DNA of 64,000 nucleotides, from the NCBI GenBank assembly GCA_047967505.1, contig CM106538.1; one strand, written 5' to 3'. Below are positions 1 through 11,086 of this stretch, in pieces (the stretch's first letter is position 1; every line of letters starts with the position of its first letter). Below the pieces are notes generated by a model. That model worked only from the letters and a program-made list of their open reading frames with translations, was not told the origin of the DNA and searched no databases. This DNA comes from Dipteris shenzhenensis (taxonomy: Eukaryota). The position numbers were made by a program, and so were the translations under genes.

Positions 1-2
1 GC

Positions 3-2681
3 AGGTAACTGCACCAAGTCCCATGTATCATTCTGAAGTAGGGAGTCCATTTCTGACTGCATGGCTTTCTCCCACTTCTTTTTCTCTGTTCTTCCCATAG
101 CTTCCTTGAAGCTGGAAGGCTCACCACAATCTGTCAACATGATAAAATCAGCCACATTATTGGCTCCTGGAACAAACCTGACAGGAGGCCGTTGTGCACG
201 GGAGCTCCTCCTAACAAAATGTTCCGGATTAGGCTGCTGTCCAGCCTGTTCTTCATGAATGACAGGTGGCTGTACCACCATATCTGGCTGTGCTACAGCT
301 TCATCTGCTGGCATATCCAGTGGTACATCATTGGCAAAATCATCTGGCTGATTTCCAGCCTGTATACCCTCTTGAACAGGGTGATCTGCAGCAGGCTGCT
401 GCTGCATATAAATGGGCATTCTTGGTTGTCCAACATCATCATAAATAACCCTCCTGTATTCCACAGGTTGCACGGGTTCCTTGTGTACACTATCTTCTTT
501 GAAGATGACATCATTGCTGCGTATAATCTTCCGTTTAACGGGATCCCATAACCTGTACCCCATTTCACCTTCATCACCATATCCCATAAAGATGCATCTG
601 ATAGACTTTGGATCCAGCTTGGTGCGTAGATCTTTGCGTACATGAGCAAAGCACTCGCAGCCAAATACCCGTAAGTGCTTATATGAGGGTGGCTTGCCAG
701 ACCACACCTCCTCTGGCACTTTCAACTCCAAAGCCTTATTTGGTGACCTGTTAATAATGTGAACTGCTGTTTGCACGGCTTCTGCCCAAAAGCCATGGGG
801 TAATGCAGCATAAGACAACATACATCGAACCTTCTCCTGAACAGTTCGATTCATCCGCTCACTTGCACCATTTTGAGATGCATTATGAGGGGCTGTGAGT
901 TCTTGTTTGATGCCCTTAGCTTGGCAAAACTGCACAAAAGCATGTGACACATACTCACCCCCATTATCGGATCTGAGGCATTTCAGCCTACGACCTGTCC
1001 GATTCTCCACCTGAGCGACAAATCTCTTGAAAGCATCTAGGGCATCTCCCTTATGCTTCAAGAAATAGACCCACACCTTACGTGTGGCATCATCAATGAA
1101 AGTAATAAAATATTTGGCACCCCCTAGTGATAACTGTGGCATCTCACACAAATCAGTGTGCACTAGATCAAGTGGTGCTCTATTCTGAGGAGTTCTCCTC
1201 TTATGAGGAGTGACAGAGTGCTTGCCAAAAATACAATGATCACAAGTAGGCAAATCTGAAAAAGAGAGAGGCGGCAGATAACCCAGACGTGACAGTTCTT
1301 GCATTCCTTTAACAGACATGTGTCCCAACCGGCTATGCCACAATGAAACCTTTGGCAGCTCGGTTATGGCAACAACATGATTACCCACACTGGAAACATA
1401 AAGAGGGTACAAGGTATCACTCTTAAAACCCTCAGCCACTACAGTATGGCCATCAGTAATCACCCATTTGGAATCCCCAAATGTGGTGTGGTAACCACTG
1501 TCATCCAATAAGCCAGTGCTAATCAGATTTTTCTTGATTTGCGGCACATGGCGAACACCATCAAGCATAAATGACTGTCCATCAGGAAGTACTATCTGTA
1601 TACTGCCAATCCCTGCAATCTGACATGCATAGTTGTTCCCAAGATGAACAACTCCATGAGTACCTGTGTAGGAAGTAAACCACTCCCTATGAGGTGTAAC
1701 ATGAAAAGAGGCACCTGAATCCAAGAGCCAGGTGTGCATGTCATGGCCATCAATAACCAAAGCATGTGCTATTACAGCAGAAGAGCATAAAACATCATGT
1801 ATGTCACTGTCACTGTCCTCTGCTGCAACATTCACTGCATCCAAGTCATCTGCCTTGGCCTTGCCTTTGCCTTTGCTTGCATTTCCTGCATCCTTCGTTT
1901 CAGCCTTCTTGGCTTTCTGATCCCGTATGAACTTGAAGCACTTCGACTTCACATGTCCCTTCTTGCCACAATAAAAGCATTCAATGTCCTTTTTGCCACG
2001 GGACTGACTACGGGATTTGGACTTACTAGCAGATCTCCCCTTCTGCTGAGTCCTGCCTCTGTCCTGTACCTGCAAAGCACTTGAAGACTTGCTGCCCGCA
2101 TTATTCTTCCTGCTCATCTCCTCCATAAGGAGAGAGCTCTCTACATCAGCATAAATAAGAGTGGCATTTGAGTTTGACAGGGTGGTCTTGAAAGTGTCCC
2201 AACTCTCAGGAAGAGTACACAACAAGAAAGTAGCCTTGAACTCCTCATCAAGGTTCAACCCCTGTGCAATCAGCTGTGTAAAGATAGCATTGAACTCACT
2301 CAAGTGTGAGGTCATAGCTGTACCTTCCTTCATGCGAAGATCGACCAGCTTCTTCAGCCAATAAACCTTACTGGCTGAGCTCTTTTGGGCATACAGTTCT
2401 TCTAGTCTTTGCCATAGACCATAAGAGGTCTTTTCAGCCTGTACATTGAACACAAGAGTGTCTGAAATAGTGAGCATGATAGCTGCCCTCGCAGACAGAT
2501 CAAGCTCTTCCCAGTCATCAGCTGCCATATCAGATGGCTTGACACCCTTTACCCTTATGGGCTTAGCAATCTTCTTTAACAGAAGAACATTCAAGCACTG
2601 TTCTGCCCATAATGCATAGTTATGTGCTCCTTCCAGTTTCTTTATGTTCAGAATTGAAGAATCACCTCCTCCTGATGCCAT
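3..2681 (-). CDS. copia gag-pol polyprotein, 3'-partial (gag, CCHC, protease, GAG-pre-integrase, integrase, start of RT)
   Basis: Manual translation: MASGGGDSSILNIKKLEGAHNYALW..., CFYCGKKGHVKSKC, WLLDSGASFH, LWHSRLGH...CDHC, TFIDDATRKVWVYFLK, LRSDNGGEY, KWEKAMQSEMDSLLQNDTWDLV at the window edge. Start and edge are in the same frame. Its absence from the ORF track fits a frame with no stop before the edge. Confidence 0.9.
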   Translation of the reverse strand, partial: MASGGGDSSILNIKKLEGAHNYALWAEQCLNVLLLKKIAKPIRVKGVKPSDMAADDWEELDLSARAAIMLTISDTLVFNVQAEKTSYGLWQRLEELYAQKSSASKVYWLKKLVDLRMKEGTAMTSHLSEFNAIFTQLIAQGLNLDEEFKATFLLCTLPESWDTFKTTLSNSNATLIYADVESSLLMEEMSRKNNAGSKSSSALQVQDRGRTQQKGRSASKSKSRSQSRGKKDIECFYCGKKGHVKSKCFKFIRDQKAKKAETKDAGNASKGKGKAKADDLDAVNVAAEDSDSDIHDVLCSSAVIAHALVIDGHDMHTWLLDSGASFHVTPHREWFTSYTGTHGVVHLGNNYACQIAGIGSIQIVLPDGQSFMLDGVRHVPQIKKNLISTGLLDDSGYHTTFGDSKWVITDGHTVVAEGFKSDTLYPLYVSSVGNHVVAITELPKVSLWHSRLGHMSVKGMQELSRLGYLPPLSFSDLPTCDHCIFGKHSVTPHKRRTPQNRAPLDLVHTDLCEMPQLSLGGAKYFITFIDDATRKVWVYFLKHKGDALDAFKRFVAQVENRTGRRLKCLRSDNGGEYVSHAFVQFCQAKGIKQELTAPHNASQNGASERMNRTVQEKVRCMLSYAALPHGFWAEAVQTAVHIINRSPNKALELKVPEEVWSGKPPSYKHLRVFGCECFAHVRKDLRTKLDPKSIRCIFMGYGDEGEMGYRLWDPVKRKIIRSNDVIFKEDSVHKEPVQPVEYRRVIYDDVGQPRMPIYMQQQPAADHPVQEGIQAGNQPDDFANDVPLDMPADEAVAQPDMVVQPPVIHEEQAGQQPNPEHFVRRSSRAQRPPVRFVPGANNVADFIMLTDCGEPSSFKEAMGRTEKKKWEKAMQSEMDSLLQNDTWDLVQLP

Positions 2682-4289
2682 ATCAGATGAGGAAAGTACG
2701 TGACTCCCTGGAAGTAAAAAGACTGAATAAAAAGGTTCTGATTTCTCAGAAAAGACTGCTCTATTCAAGAGCCAGAAGCACTCTCAAAGGTGCTGTTTTT
2801 ACTGTCAGTAAAATCTGCAGCAAAACAGTAAATGTCCCTGCAAATACTGTACCTTCTGACAAACTGTTCTGAGCTCAAAAAAGGCATAAAAACAGTAATT
2901 TCAGACTGCTGCTGCTGCTCAACAAGAGCTTAACAGTGCATAATTATCTGACAAAACCACCAACACTGCTGTAAACACTGCTGTACTGACTGTACTGATC
3001 ACTTCTCCCACCTCAGATGAGGTATGTCACTGACTCAAATTGCAGAAACCACTTGACAGACACCCCAAAAAAAAAAGTAAGTGACCCTTCAGCCTGTCAC
3101 AAAAACCTGCAACAGTAAATGGGATAAATCCCAAGCAATCACCCTTATACCAAGGGGAGAAAATGCATCTGAAGATCTCTGTCGGTAACCCAAGTGCTAT
3201 CAAACAAAGTCTGGGCAAAAGCCCCTTGATCTGACACCTGAATCAAGTGGAGAACACCTCAACACTGAGGTAGCATGCAAAATGAAATCTCTCTAACACT
3301 TATACCTGACAATGTGTAATGCAGAGACTGCTTCTGTGTACTCGGTAACAACACAACTCACAACGTACAGACACCAGGAAGAAAATCTTTTGAGCACTGT
3401 CAACGATGGGCAGTTAGGGACCGAGTAAACTCGATGCGCCCTGACCAAGCGTGGCTCAACTGAGATTTTCAAAGTGCGTACAAAGAATGCGACCTGCAAC
3501 AAATGTCACCAAATGCACTGCGGAAATAAAGCAAATGTGTGCTCCCTGGATACACACTGCCTCAAGGCATATACTGCATACACATCCAGGCAAAAGCCCT
3601 TTGATAAAATCACCCAAAACTGAGATTTTCACTCAGTAAATGCATAGAAACTTCTGCTGTACTGCTGTCCTTCTTGTAGTGCTGTACTTCTTGTAGCACG
3701 CGCTTCCCAAAAAAAAAAAACTTTGCAGCAAAAAAACACCAAGTCCTGCGTTCGACGCCAACCCCTGTGTATCTGCAGACGGACTGTCGTCCGTACCTAC
3801 GGACAGTCTGTCGTCCGTACCTGTGTACGGCTGTCCGTACGACTGTACGGACAGTTCGTACAGCTGATGTACTGTATAGCACAGCAGCTATGCTGCTGCA
3901 CTGCAGCAGGCTGGCGACGCCTACGCACTCCTCAAGGATCTAGCAGCTAGTAGCAGCTGCTATGAAGCAGCTGGCTGCTTGCTGGATGTAATGCCTCGAG
4001 CTGCAGCTAGCAGCTCATGTGTACGGCGCCACCCGCGACCAGCAACCTGCAGATCTGCGTCGAAATGCGCCCGCCTGCGCCGCTCTGATGCCCTCGAAAT
4101 GCGCCGCCCTAGCTGCAAAATGTGCCGCCCTAGCAGCCTGCGAACAGGAAAAACACCGCCGCTGTACTGTCGAGTGGTCTAGATCTGTCCGTACGGTCGT
4201 ACGGACGTCGTACGGCCGTACGGATCGGCCGTACGGAACGGATTTGAAAGGCAGATGAGACTAGGGAGAGGAGGTGTGGCTAGGGAGAG

Positions 4290-4301
4290 GCTCTGATACC
4301 A
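4290..4301 (-). promoter_or_regulatory. primer-binding site (tRNA-iMet)
   Basis: Reverse complement is TGGTATCAGAGC, directly after the LTR end. Confidence 0.92.
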
Positions 4302-4514
4302 GTTGAGAGGGGGAAGAGAGGAGAGGAAGTAAGCAAGAGAGTGAGAGTGAGAGAGACACAATAGTGCGGGTGTGAAGTGATGAGTGAGCCACACCACAAA
4401 CTCACTTATGTTGTATTAGGATTAGGTTTATTCTATGACTGTCTTAAGACAGTCATAGGTGTCCTATCTTTAATTCTTTTAATTAAGGGTAGGCAATGTG
4501 CCTTTACCCCAACA
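4302..4514 (-). repeat. 5' LTR of the copia element
   Basis: TG start at 4514 on minus strand, abuts PBS, interrupts an unrelated gag reading frame. Partner LTR is outside the window, so the boundary is inferred. Confidence 0.8.
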
Positions 4515-5742
4515 GATACTTGTGGCTTTTTCTGCTCCTTAGAACCCGAAGGCTTCTCAGGGCACTGGGTAGCCATATGCCCCTCTTTCCCACATCTAAA
4601 GCATTTCCCATCTCTGCGGAATTCAGCTATTTGTTTAGGAGTGAATTGGGATTTGCCTTTATATGTCTTTGAAAACTGAGTACCCCTTGGCTTTTGAGGC
4701 TGAAACCCTTTCTTCTCAACCTTGGGATACTCTTTCTTTTCTGATTTTGAAAAATCAGGTTTCTTCCTTTCAGTACCTCCTGCTTGCAAGGATGGCATTG
4801 TGGTTGGATCTTGCATATGCATGAGACTGGCTACCGAAGGTGAAAGCATAATGTCTTGAATACTCTTCAACCTCTGAGTATTCACCACTGTCTGAATTTT
4901 TGAATTGAGACTTGCCCTATACTTTCTCAGTTGGGTTCTTTTGGAGATCTTTTTGAAAGGTGCAACCTGCAAATAAGCATCCCAAAACTTTTGATTGTAC
5001 ACCTCCACTGTATCTCCTGCATCCATATGTAAACTGTCCCAACCATGAAGGACATGATCTCTGAATTGTTTAGGCATGAATTGGTTGTAGAAGGCTTTCT
5101 TGAAGCTCTTTCACCTCTTTGGGGCTGACCCATCTGTGGTCTGTGCACTCCACCATGCACTAGCTGTCCTTTAAGTGCAAGCTGACCATTCTCAACTTGG
5201 AGGAGTCTGAAAAGTTTTATGTACCAAATGTAGCATCAAACTGCCTAATGAACTGCATTGCCTTCTCTGTATGACCATATTGACCATTAAAGGTAATAAA
5301 CCTAACAGATTTACCTCCTTCTTTGAACTCCTTGGTCTTGGAAGACTTGCTCTTCGTAGACCTCGTGTTTCCTTCTTTTCCTGGATGGTTTATCTGATGA
5401 AGAAGAAGATACAGAAGTTGAGCTTGAAGTAGACAATGAAGGGCTTGGAGATCGGTGATGATGCCTCGATCTCTTCCTGCTATGAGACCGTCCCCTATGA
5501 GATCCCTCTCTCTCGGGCTGTGCAAGAGAGTGTGCCTCTGGCATTGGCACATCATAAGCTGCACTAGGCATAGTTTCTGCTTGAAATAGATGCTGAGCTC
5601 TTGGATCCCTTCTGAATTCTTCCATCTCCTGCATACGAATGTGTACCATCTGCTCAAACTCTTGTTGAGTTTTCTCCATAATTCTTTGTCTTGGATGTGC
5701 ATCCCTATTTTGTGAATCCCACTGGATAGGTGATTGAGCCAT
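4515..5742 (-). pseudogene. degenerate Ty3/gypsy gag (retrotransposon gag domain plus CCHC knuckle)
   Basis: Frameshifted pieces MAQSPIQW..., FITFNGQYGHTEKAMQFIRQFDATFG, DTVEVYNQKF, CFRCGKEGHMATQC; cut by the copia LTR just after the knuckle. Confidence 0.8.
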
Positions 5743-5784
5743 ATTTCTACAACGCGTCTGAGATCTGCAAGCTCTCACACACAC

Positions 5785-6800
5785 TGTGTATCAGAGGGAG
5801 ATCAGTGAGGGATTTGAGTTTATTCCGCTGCGTTAGGGTTTTTGTTCAAGCAGTCATAATCGTAACATGGTATCAGTGCCTCGTCAGCAACTCCTGATAC
5901 CCCTCGGCCCTGAGCTCTTCCTGAGAAATAGGTAATCCCGTTTCAGGAAGAAGATTTTGTGTATAGTACTATCTCCCCTCCTAAACCTTTCACATCCTCG
6001 TCATGGCTGCTAGACTGCCCGTCCAAGTTTCTATGCTTTTTGGAAGATGAAGATTTGGATCCGCCTGGTGGTTCGAATGATCTGGGAGATTACAACATGA
6101 GTGGAGCTAAAGGTATAGCCTACCAGAAATGCAGCTCGGGCAGCGATGACACCAATGGATCCTGGTGTATATAGTAAGGGATTGGGTAGTGCATGATGCA
6201 AAGGCCTTGGCCATGATCATGGGCACCATTGTAGATTTCGTTCTCCTGTATATTTAGCTTGTGGACACTGCTTTTGGTGCATGGGCCATTCTCAAAGACA
6301 CATATGAGGTCATCAATGCTGCGAGGATTCTCGACCTCGAGACTGAGCTCTACGACATGCGTATTGAAGAGGGGGAATCAGTTTAAGAGCACATCACCAA
6401 GAGGAAGGTGGTAAGAAAAAAACACTCTGCAGTATGTCAACAGATAGATTGGCTCAAATTGCTAGGCTCTTGCTTGGCATGCTTCCAAGAAGCTACAAGG
6501 GTTAAGTAACAATCATGGTCGCAGGGTGACGGTTGGCACCATTGACTTTTAACGAACTAGTGCCCCTTCTCTTGCAAGACGAAGCTCGGGCAAAGAAATT
6601 CAACAGACCTAGTGACAAGGCCTTAAGGTAAAGGTAGAAAGGGTAGGTCTGGAAAGGCAAGCCCAAGGATGATGACGACTCAAAGTTGGGGCAAGTCAGA
6701 AGACAGTGGAGAGAAGAAGAAGAGGAATTGGGATTTACCGTGAGAAGCTAGGCCACATAGCAAAGGATTGCCAAAAGAAAAAGGTGGACCAAAAGTGAAA
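5785..6800 (+). mobile_element. LTR retrotransposon remnant: LTR end, PBS and degenerate copia-type gag
   Basis: ...CGTAACA then TGGTATCAG at 5868. 6180-6420 reads DWVVHDAKALAMIMGTIVD...AWAILKDTYEVINAARILDLETELYDMRIEEGESV*EHITK; decayed knuckle EKLGHIAKDC near 6745-6770. Confidence 0.65.
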
Positions 6801-7612
6801 GGAAGGCGATAAGCCCACAAGCCTATTGGTCGGTTGATAGGCATGAGGAGGCTAAGGCAGCCTAGTCGGCTTGTCTATGGCAGGGGGGAGCCCCTTTATA
6901 GCAAAGGATTGCTTTAAGAAAAAGGTGGACCAAAAGTGAAAGGAAGGCGACAAGCCCACAATCCTACTGGTCGGTCGATAAGTAGGGGGGTCAGCCCCCT
7001 ATTTGGCTGCGTGGCAGCCCTTTATAGGGCAGGAGGTTTCCTTGTGTAGTGCTGTAGTGATTATCTGTTGAGCTGTTGGAGATCCGGATGGGTCAGTTGA
7101 TCGCCAGTGCGTGAATCCAGATGCCTTAGATGAGCCTAGTGAGAAGTTGGATACCCATTGTTACTAGAGCACCAAGGTTCATCGATCTGGGGGGTCAATG
7201 TACCAGTTTGGACATGAGAGAAGCCTGTAAAGCTCTGAGACACAGTTGCCCTTGCAGGGAAGCAGACCTTGCACCGATTGCAGTATCAGTTGGATTATTG
7301 TACGAGTATCGAACCAGAGGAGTATGCATCGCACCTGTGGCCTGGGAGCATCAGTACAAGGTTCTGAGTGATCGTGCTGAGCCGGTTCTTGCCCAGAGGG
7401 GGCTTCTTCGACAGTACCTGTGGTGGTCTTCAGCGATGGAGCATCACACGATGGATTTCTCCCATTGTTCCAGGAGCTCCCCTAGCTCCCTGGAGATCAT
7501 GTTCCATCCAGGAGCTGATAGGGGTGTTGGAGGTCATCTATTTGGCTGTGTGGCAGCCCTTTATAGAGCAGGAGGCTGAGGCGGCCTAGTCGGCCTGTCT
7601 ATGGCAGGGCGG
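6758..7612. repeat. mosaic of short direct duplications
   Basis: 6758-6840 resembles 6898-6982; 6847-6886 resembles 7571-7612; 7001-7036 resembles 7540-7575. Confidence 0.75.
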
Positions 7613-8268
7613 ATAGGGCTGTGTGCCAGCCTCCATGTGCTGTAGGGGGTCGGCCTACCTAGGGCGGGGGTCGGTCCACATGATCAGCCGACCAAGGAGG
7701 GGGTGGCTGCCTATATATAGGCCCCCCTTCCCTCACTCGTAGCATCTTAGTGTGGAGGAGTTTGGTGCCTATATGAGCAGAGGTTTTCCCCAGCAGTTTT
7801 GGGGTTTTGTCCTGAGAACCCTTGCAGTCTCCTGTGTCTATTTCTCTCCTTTCCAGTTCAGTTTGTGAGTGGTTTGCTCTCTCTCTCTCTGTCTCTCTGT
7901 CTCTCTCCATTTCTGCTTGGATCTGCTGGACTTCTCACAGGAACAAGGGATATCTTCTTGTCCAAACATTTACTAGACCATGCCATGGGTGAATGTATCC
8001 AGCATATTGGCTATTACATCATACATGAAGCTCTATTGCCAGGTTTAACAGCAGTCGGAAGATAACTTTTAAGATCTTATAATTAGGTACTTTTAGCAGG
8101 GGTAAATAAATTCAGAACAGGAAAATCAGTTTATTGAGACAGGTATATGCAGGGTACTCCTACGGAAAGATATGCAGACTGGCATTTCTACAAGGTTGAG
8201 TTCGAGATCCATTTTATCTGTTTGATATGTGATGATTTTCTAGGGAAGGGGTTGCATTATTTATCCTT

Positions 8269-8455
8269 CAGGGAGGCCTAAGACATACAGATTGGATTTC
8301 TCCACTATCCAGATTAGCTTGCTTGGCAATCCTACTTGCTGTGCGTGTGCGTGTGTGTAACACAGGGAGGCCTAAGACATACGATTTCAATTTCTCCACC
8401 ACCTAGAATAGCGTGCTTGGCAATGTTCATACTTGCTCTGTGTGTGTGTGTGTGA
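8269..8455. repeat. ~95-bp imperfect tandem duplication, each copy ending in (GT)n
   Basis: CAGGGAGGCCTAAGACATAC...TTTCTCCAC...GCTTGGCAAT...TACTTGCT occurs twice. Confidence 0.7.
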
Positions 8456-8531
8456 CACATGCGTACGCTCACACACACATATATCCGCATGTATACATGC
8501 ACACATCTCTGCCCTCATGCCCGCACCCCTG

Positions 8532-8584
<53 letters not shown>

Positions 8585-8725
8585 TCTCTTGCAAGCCAAG
8601 CTCATGAGTCGAGCTAAATATCTCTTTGATTATTTGTACCCTAGGCCACTTCATGAATCACAATCTTTGAATGCCTGATAATCATGGTAGCTGGAGTAAG
8701 TTTTGATTGGATCTGCAAATACATG

Positions 8726-9222
8726 CATAGTTACTAGAATAACCGTTTCTGGCTTGGAAACGGAAAGGTGGAAACAGAAATGGCGTTTCTTCCAGAAACG
8801 CCATTTCGTAATCACTGTTTTTTGCCCTCTTTTGATTATATTGTTTTTCTCCCTCTTTTGATTTAACTTCTAAATTTCAGATTGTTGTAAGTTGCAACTT
8901 CAAACTTGTTAGAAGTTAGAAGAAGTTAGAACTTGTTCATGACACATGTTGATTGTTGAAGCATCATTCATGGATAACAGATGATTCTAGATAGATCAAT
9001 CATCATAGGAATTTAGAATCATAGAAGCATGCATGGTGCTTCAAGTATAGATAATTGTATCATGTATAATTTGCCCTCTATTGATAATTGTATTATGTAT
9101 AAAAAAATAAAAATTTATCCATAAATTGTACCATATTGCCGTTTCTTCCATTTCCGTTTCGGCACGGGTCGAAAACTCCGTTTCCTCAGTTTTTCCCGTC
9201 TCCGTTTCGGCTGGCAACTATG
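8726..9222. mobile_element. non-autonomous hAT-like element (MITE)
   Basis: TIRs CATAGTTACTAG / CTGGCAACTATG (10/12). Flanks AATACATG / CTTACATG (6/8, degenerate 8-bp TSD). Subterminal GAAACGG and CCGTTTC repeats resemble Ac/Ds AAACGG motifs. Confidence 0.7.
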
Positions 9223-9300
9223 CTTACATGCTTAAACAAGAAAGAGTAGTTAATATGCTGTTGTATTGTCGAGGTGAATTTGCTTGAGGTAGTTGGACAG

Positions 9301-9460
9301 AAGTGTTACCAGAAAACACGTTTCGTAGGTTTCGTTTAGAAACGTATCGAGATTTGATTCGAGTTTTGCCTAGAAACACGATCTAGTAATACATTAAAAA
9401 TACATAATATATAAAGTATTCTAGACATAATTATCAATACATAAAGTCTATCATATATGG

Positions 9461-9507
<47 letters not shown>

Positions 9508-9584
9508 ACACATATGCCGCACACACACAGTCACACGCATGATAAAAAACCAAAAACCCCAAAACGCGTGTTTTAGTCACTATG
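9301..9584. mobile_element. non-autonomous hAT-like element (MITE) carrying a (CT)n tract
   Basis: Perfect 8-bp TSD TTGGACAG (9293-9300, 9585-9592). Imperfect TIRs AAGTGTTACCAGAAAACACG / CGTGTTTTAGTCACTATG. Confidence 0.75.
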
Positions 9585-10679
9585 TTGGACAGTGACAAGA
9601 TCCCAGTCTGCAGCTGTGGTGTTTCAACTGTCTTTCTTGATATTGTGGTGATTTTGTGTCAAGTTTTTAGCGGCTCAAATCCGTCCAATCAATGACTTGC
9701 CTTGCCTTTTTGTAATGACATCTCGACCAATGTACCAGTGCTTTTTTCTGTTTTAACATCACAAATGTTTAGTACTTGGGAACTTTTGATTGCATTTATG
9801 TTTCTCCTTGATTTTATTTGTGAGCTCTCCTCAGGTATTGGGCTCTGGCTAAAGTTTGCACATATTGTAGTGTAGCGGTGAAATTTATAGCTGGTTGTCG
9901 GAGCTTATGGCTGGATGCAGACTGAATTATATTGGCTGGACACAAAGCTTAAGGAAATGTGCATATAGAAGTTTGCAGTTGCATGGAATGGCATATAATT
10001 TTAAATCATGTAACCAGTTTTCTTGCCCTGATTAGCCAAATGAGAATGTGCAGTTGCTTTCAGGGACTTATGGACCACGGTCCCCACTGATTTGTACAGG
10101 GATACATTGCATATAATTTTTTGACTCCTTGGGAAGAAACCTCTTGTTTTGGAATTTGCTGCTATAGTTGAATTGACAATGAATGGAACGTTAGTGATTA
10201 TAGGATCATATGAAACTTGTCGATTACATAGCAAGGAGTAGTTTGTGGTTTTCAAAGCATTTCTCCTTGTCTTCCTTAGAATCCATTTACATTTTAGATA
10301 TTGGAGGTTGAGAACTCTGCAACGCCCCTCCCCTCCTTTCCTCATGAGGTTCTGCTGTTCTGGGTGTTGTGAGTGATTGGCCATGGACCTCACTGTCTTG
10401 TCTCAGTATAAGGAGCTTGAATTTGTCCCAAATTTTCATGATTATGGTCTTCAAATTTAACCATGATTGTCAACAGGTTTATGACCTTCTCCCCTGATTG
10501 AGCAAGTTCTCTTGCCTAGAAGGAAATCAGGCTATTAAATGGGGTTTTACAATGTCTGGGTGTTAAAAAATGTTTCCTTGCTTTCAATGTGCATAGTGCT
10601 CTGTGAAAGTTCTCTTATTTTGTTTCTATAATGGTCTGTGAAAGTGCCTCTTACTTAGTTTCTATGTGGTACGTTGAAG

Positions 10680-11086
10680 GTCATGTACCTAAGCCATCCG
10701 AAAAAGGATATTCGAGATACTGCTGTATATGCACCTTTGCGCAGGTAAATTTTTCTGGCAACTGTCGTTTGTTAATAGTAGTCCTATAGGCAGGTAAAAG
10801 GTTTGTATGTTTTCTCATCATGCAGTAAAAATGGACGTCCAAGAGCTCTTCGGCATTTGGCAGCTGAAATACTAGGTGTGGAAATACAAGAAGGCGAGCA
10901 CTGTTCAGTAAGTCTACGCTAGATCTTGTAAGAGATTGGAATGATTGGATTACTTTTTTGTCTTCCTTTACTGTAATTAAGGTAACTTATATGGGTCAGG
11001 TACAAGATGCTCGTGCAGCCATGTATGTCTACCAACATCTGAAGCAAGAGTGGGAGAACAGCTTATTTCAGAGGCTGAAGTCCTAA
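10680..11086 (+). CDS. REXO4: RNA exonuclease 4 (REXO4/Rex4-like, DEDDh), last three coding exons: 10680-10744, 10826-10907, 11000-11086
   Basis: GT-AG introns with consistent phases. Spliced translation VMYLSHPKKDIRDTAVYAPLRSKNGRPRALRHLAAEILGVEIQEGEHCSVQDARAAMYVYQHLKQEWENSLFQRLKS* matches the Rex4 C-terminal pattern (HPKKDIRDT; ExoIII H-x4-D). Upstream exons not found in the window. Confidence 0.9.

Larger units (their letters stand above)
1..4514 (-). mobile_element. Ty1/copia LTR retrotransposon (5' part; 3' end lies left of the window)
   Basis: 5' LTR ~4302-4514 (minus strand TGTTGGGGTAAAGG...CTCTCAAC), tRNA-iMet PBS 4290-4301, ~1.6-kb leader, then gag-pol in copia order gag-PR-INT-RT. 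Confidence 0.95.

Noticed and set aside
4433-5077. 214-aa ORF as an intact gene
   Set aside because: It is a chimera: an old gypsy gag fragment reading into the inserted copia LTR (VGVKAHC comes from TGTTGGGGTAAAGGCACATTG).
7659-9524. ERERER and SLSLSL ORFs (also ~21.7-22.1 kb)
   Set aside because: They are translations of (GA)n/(CT)n microsatellites.
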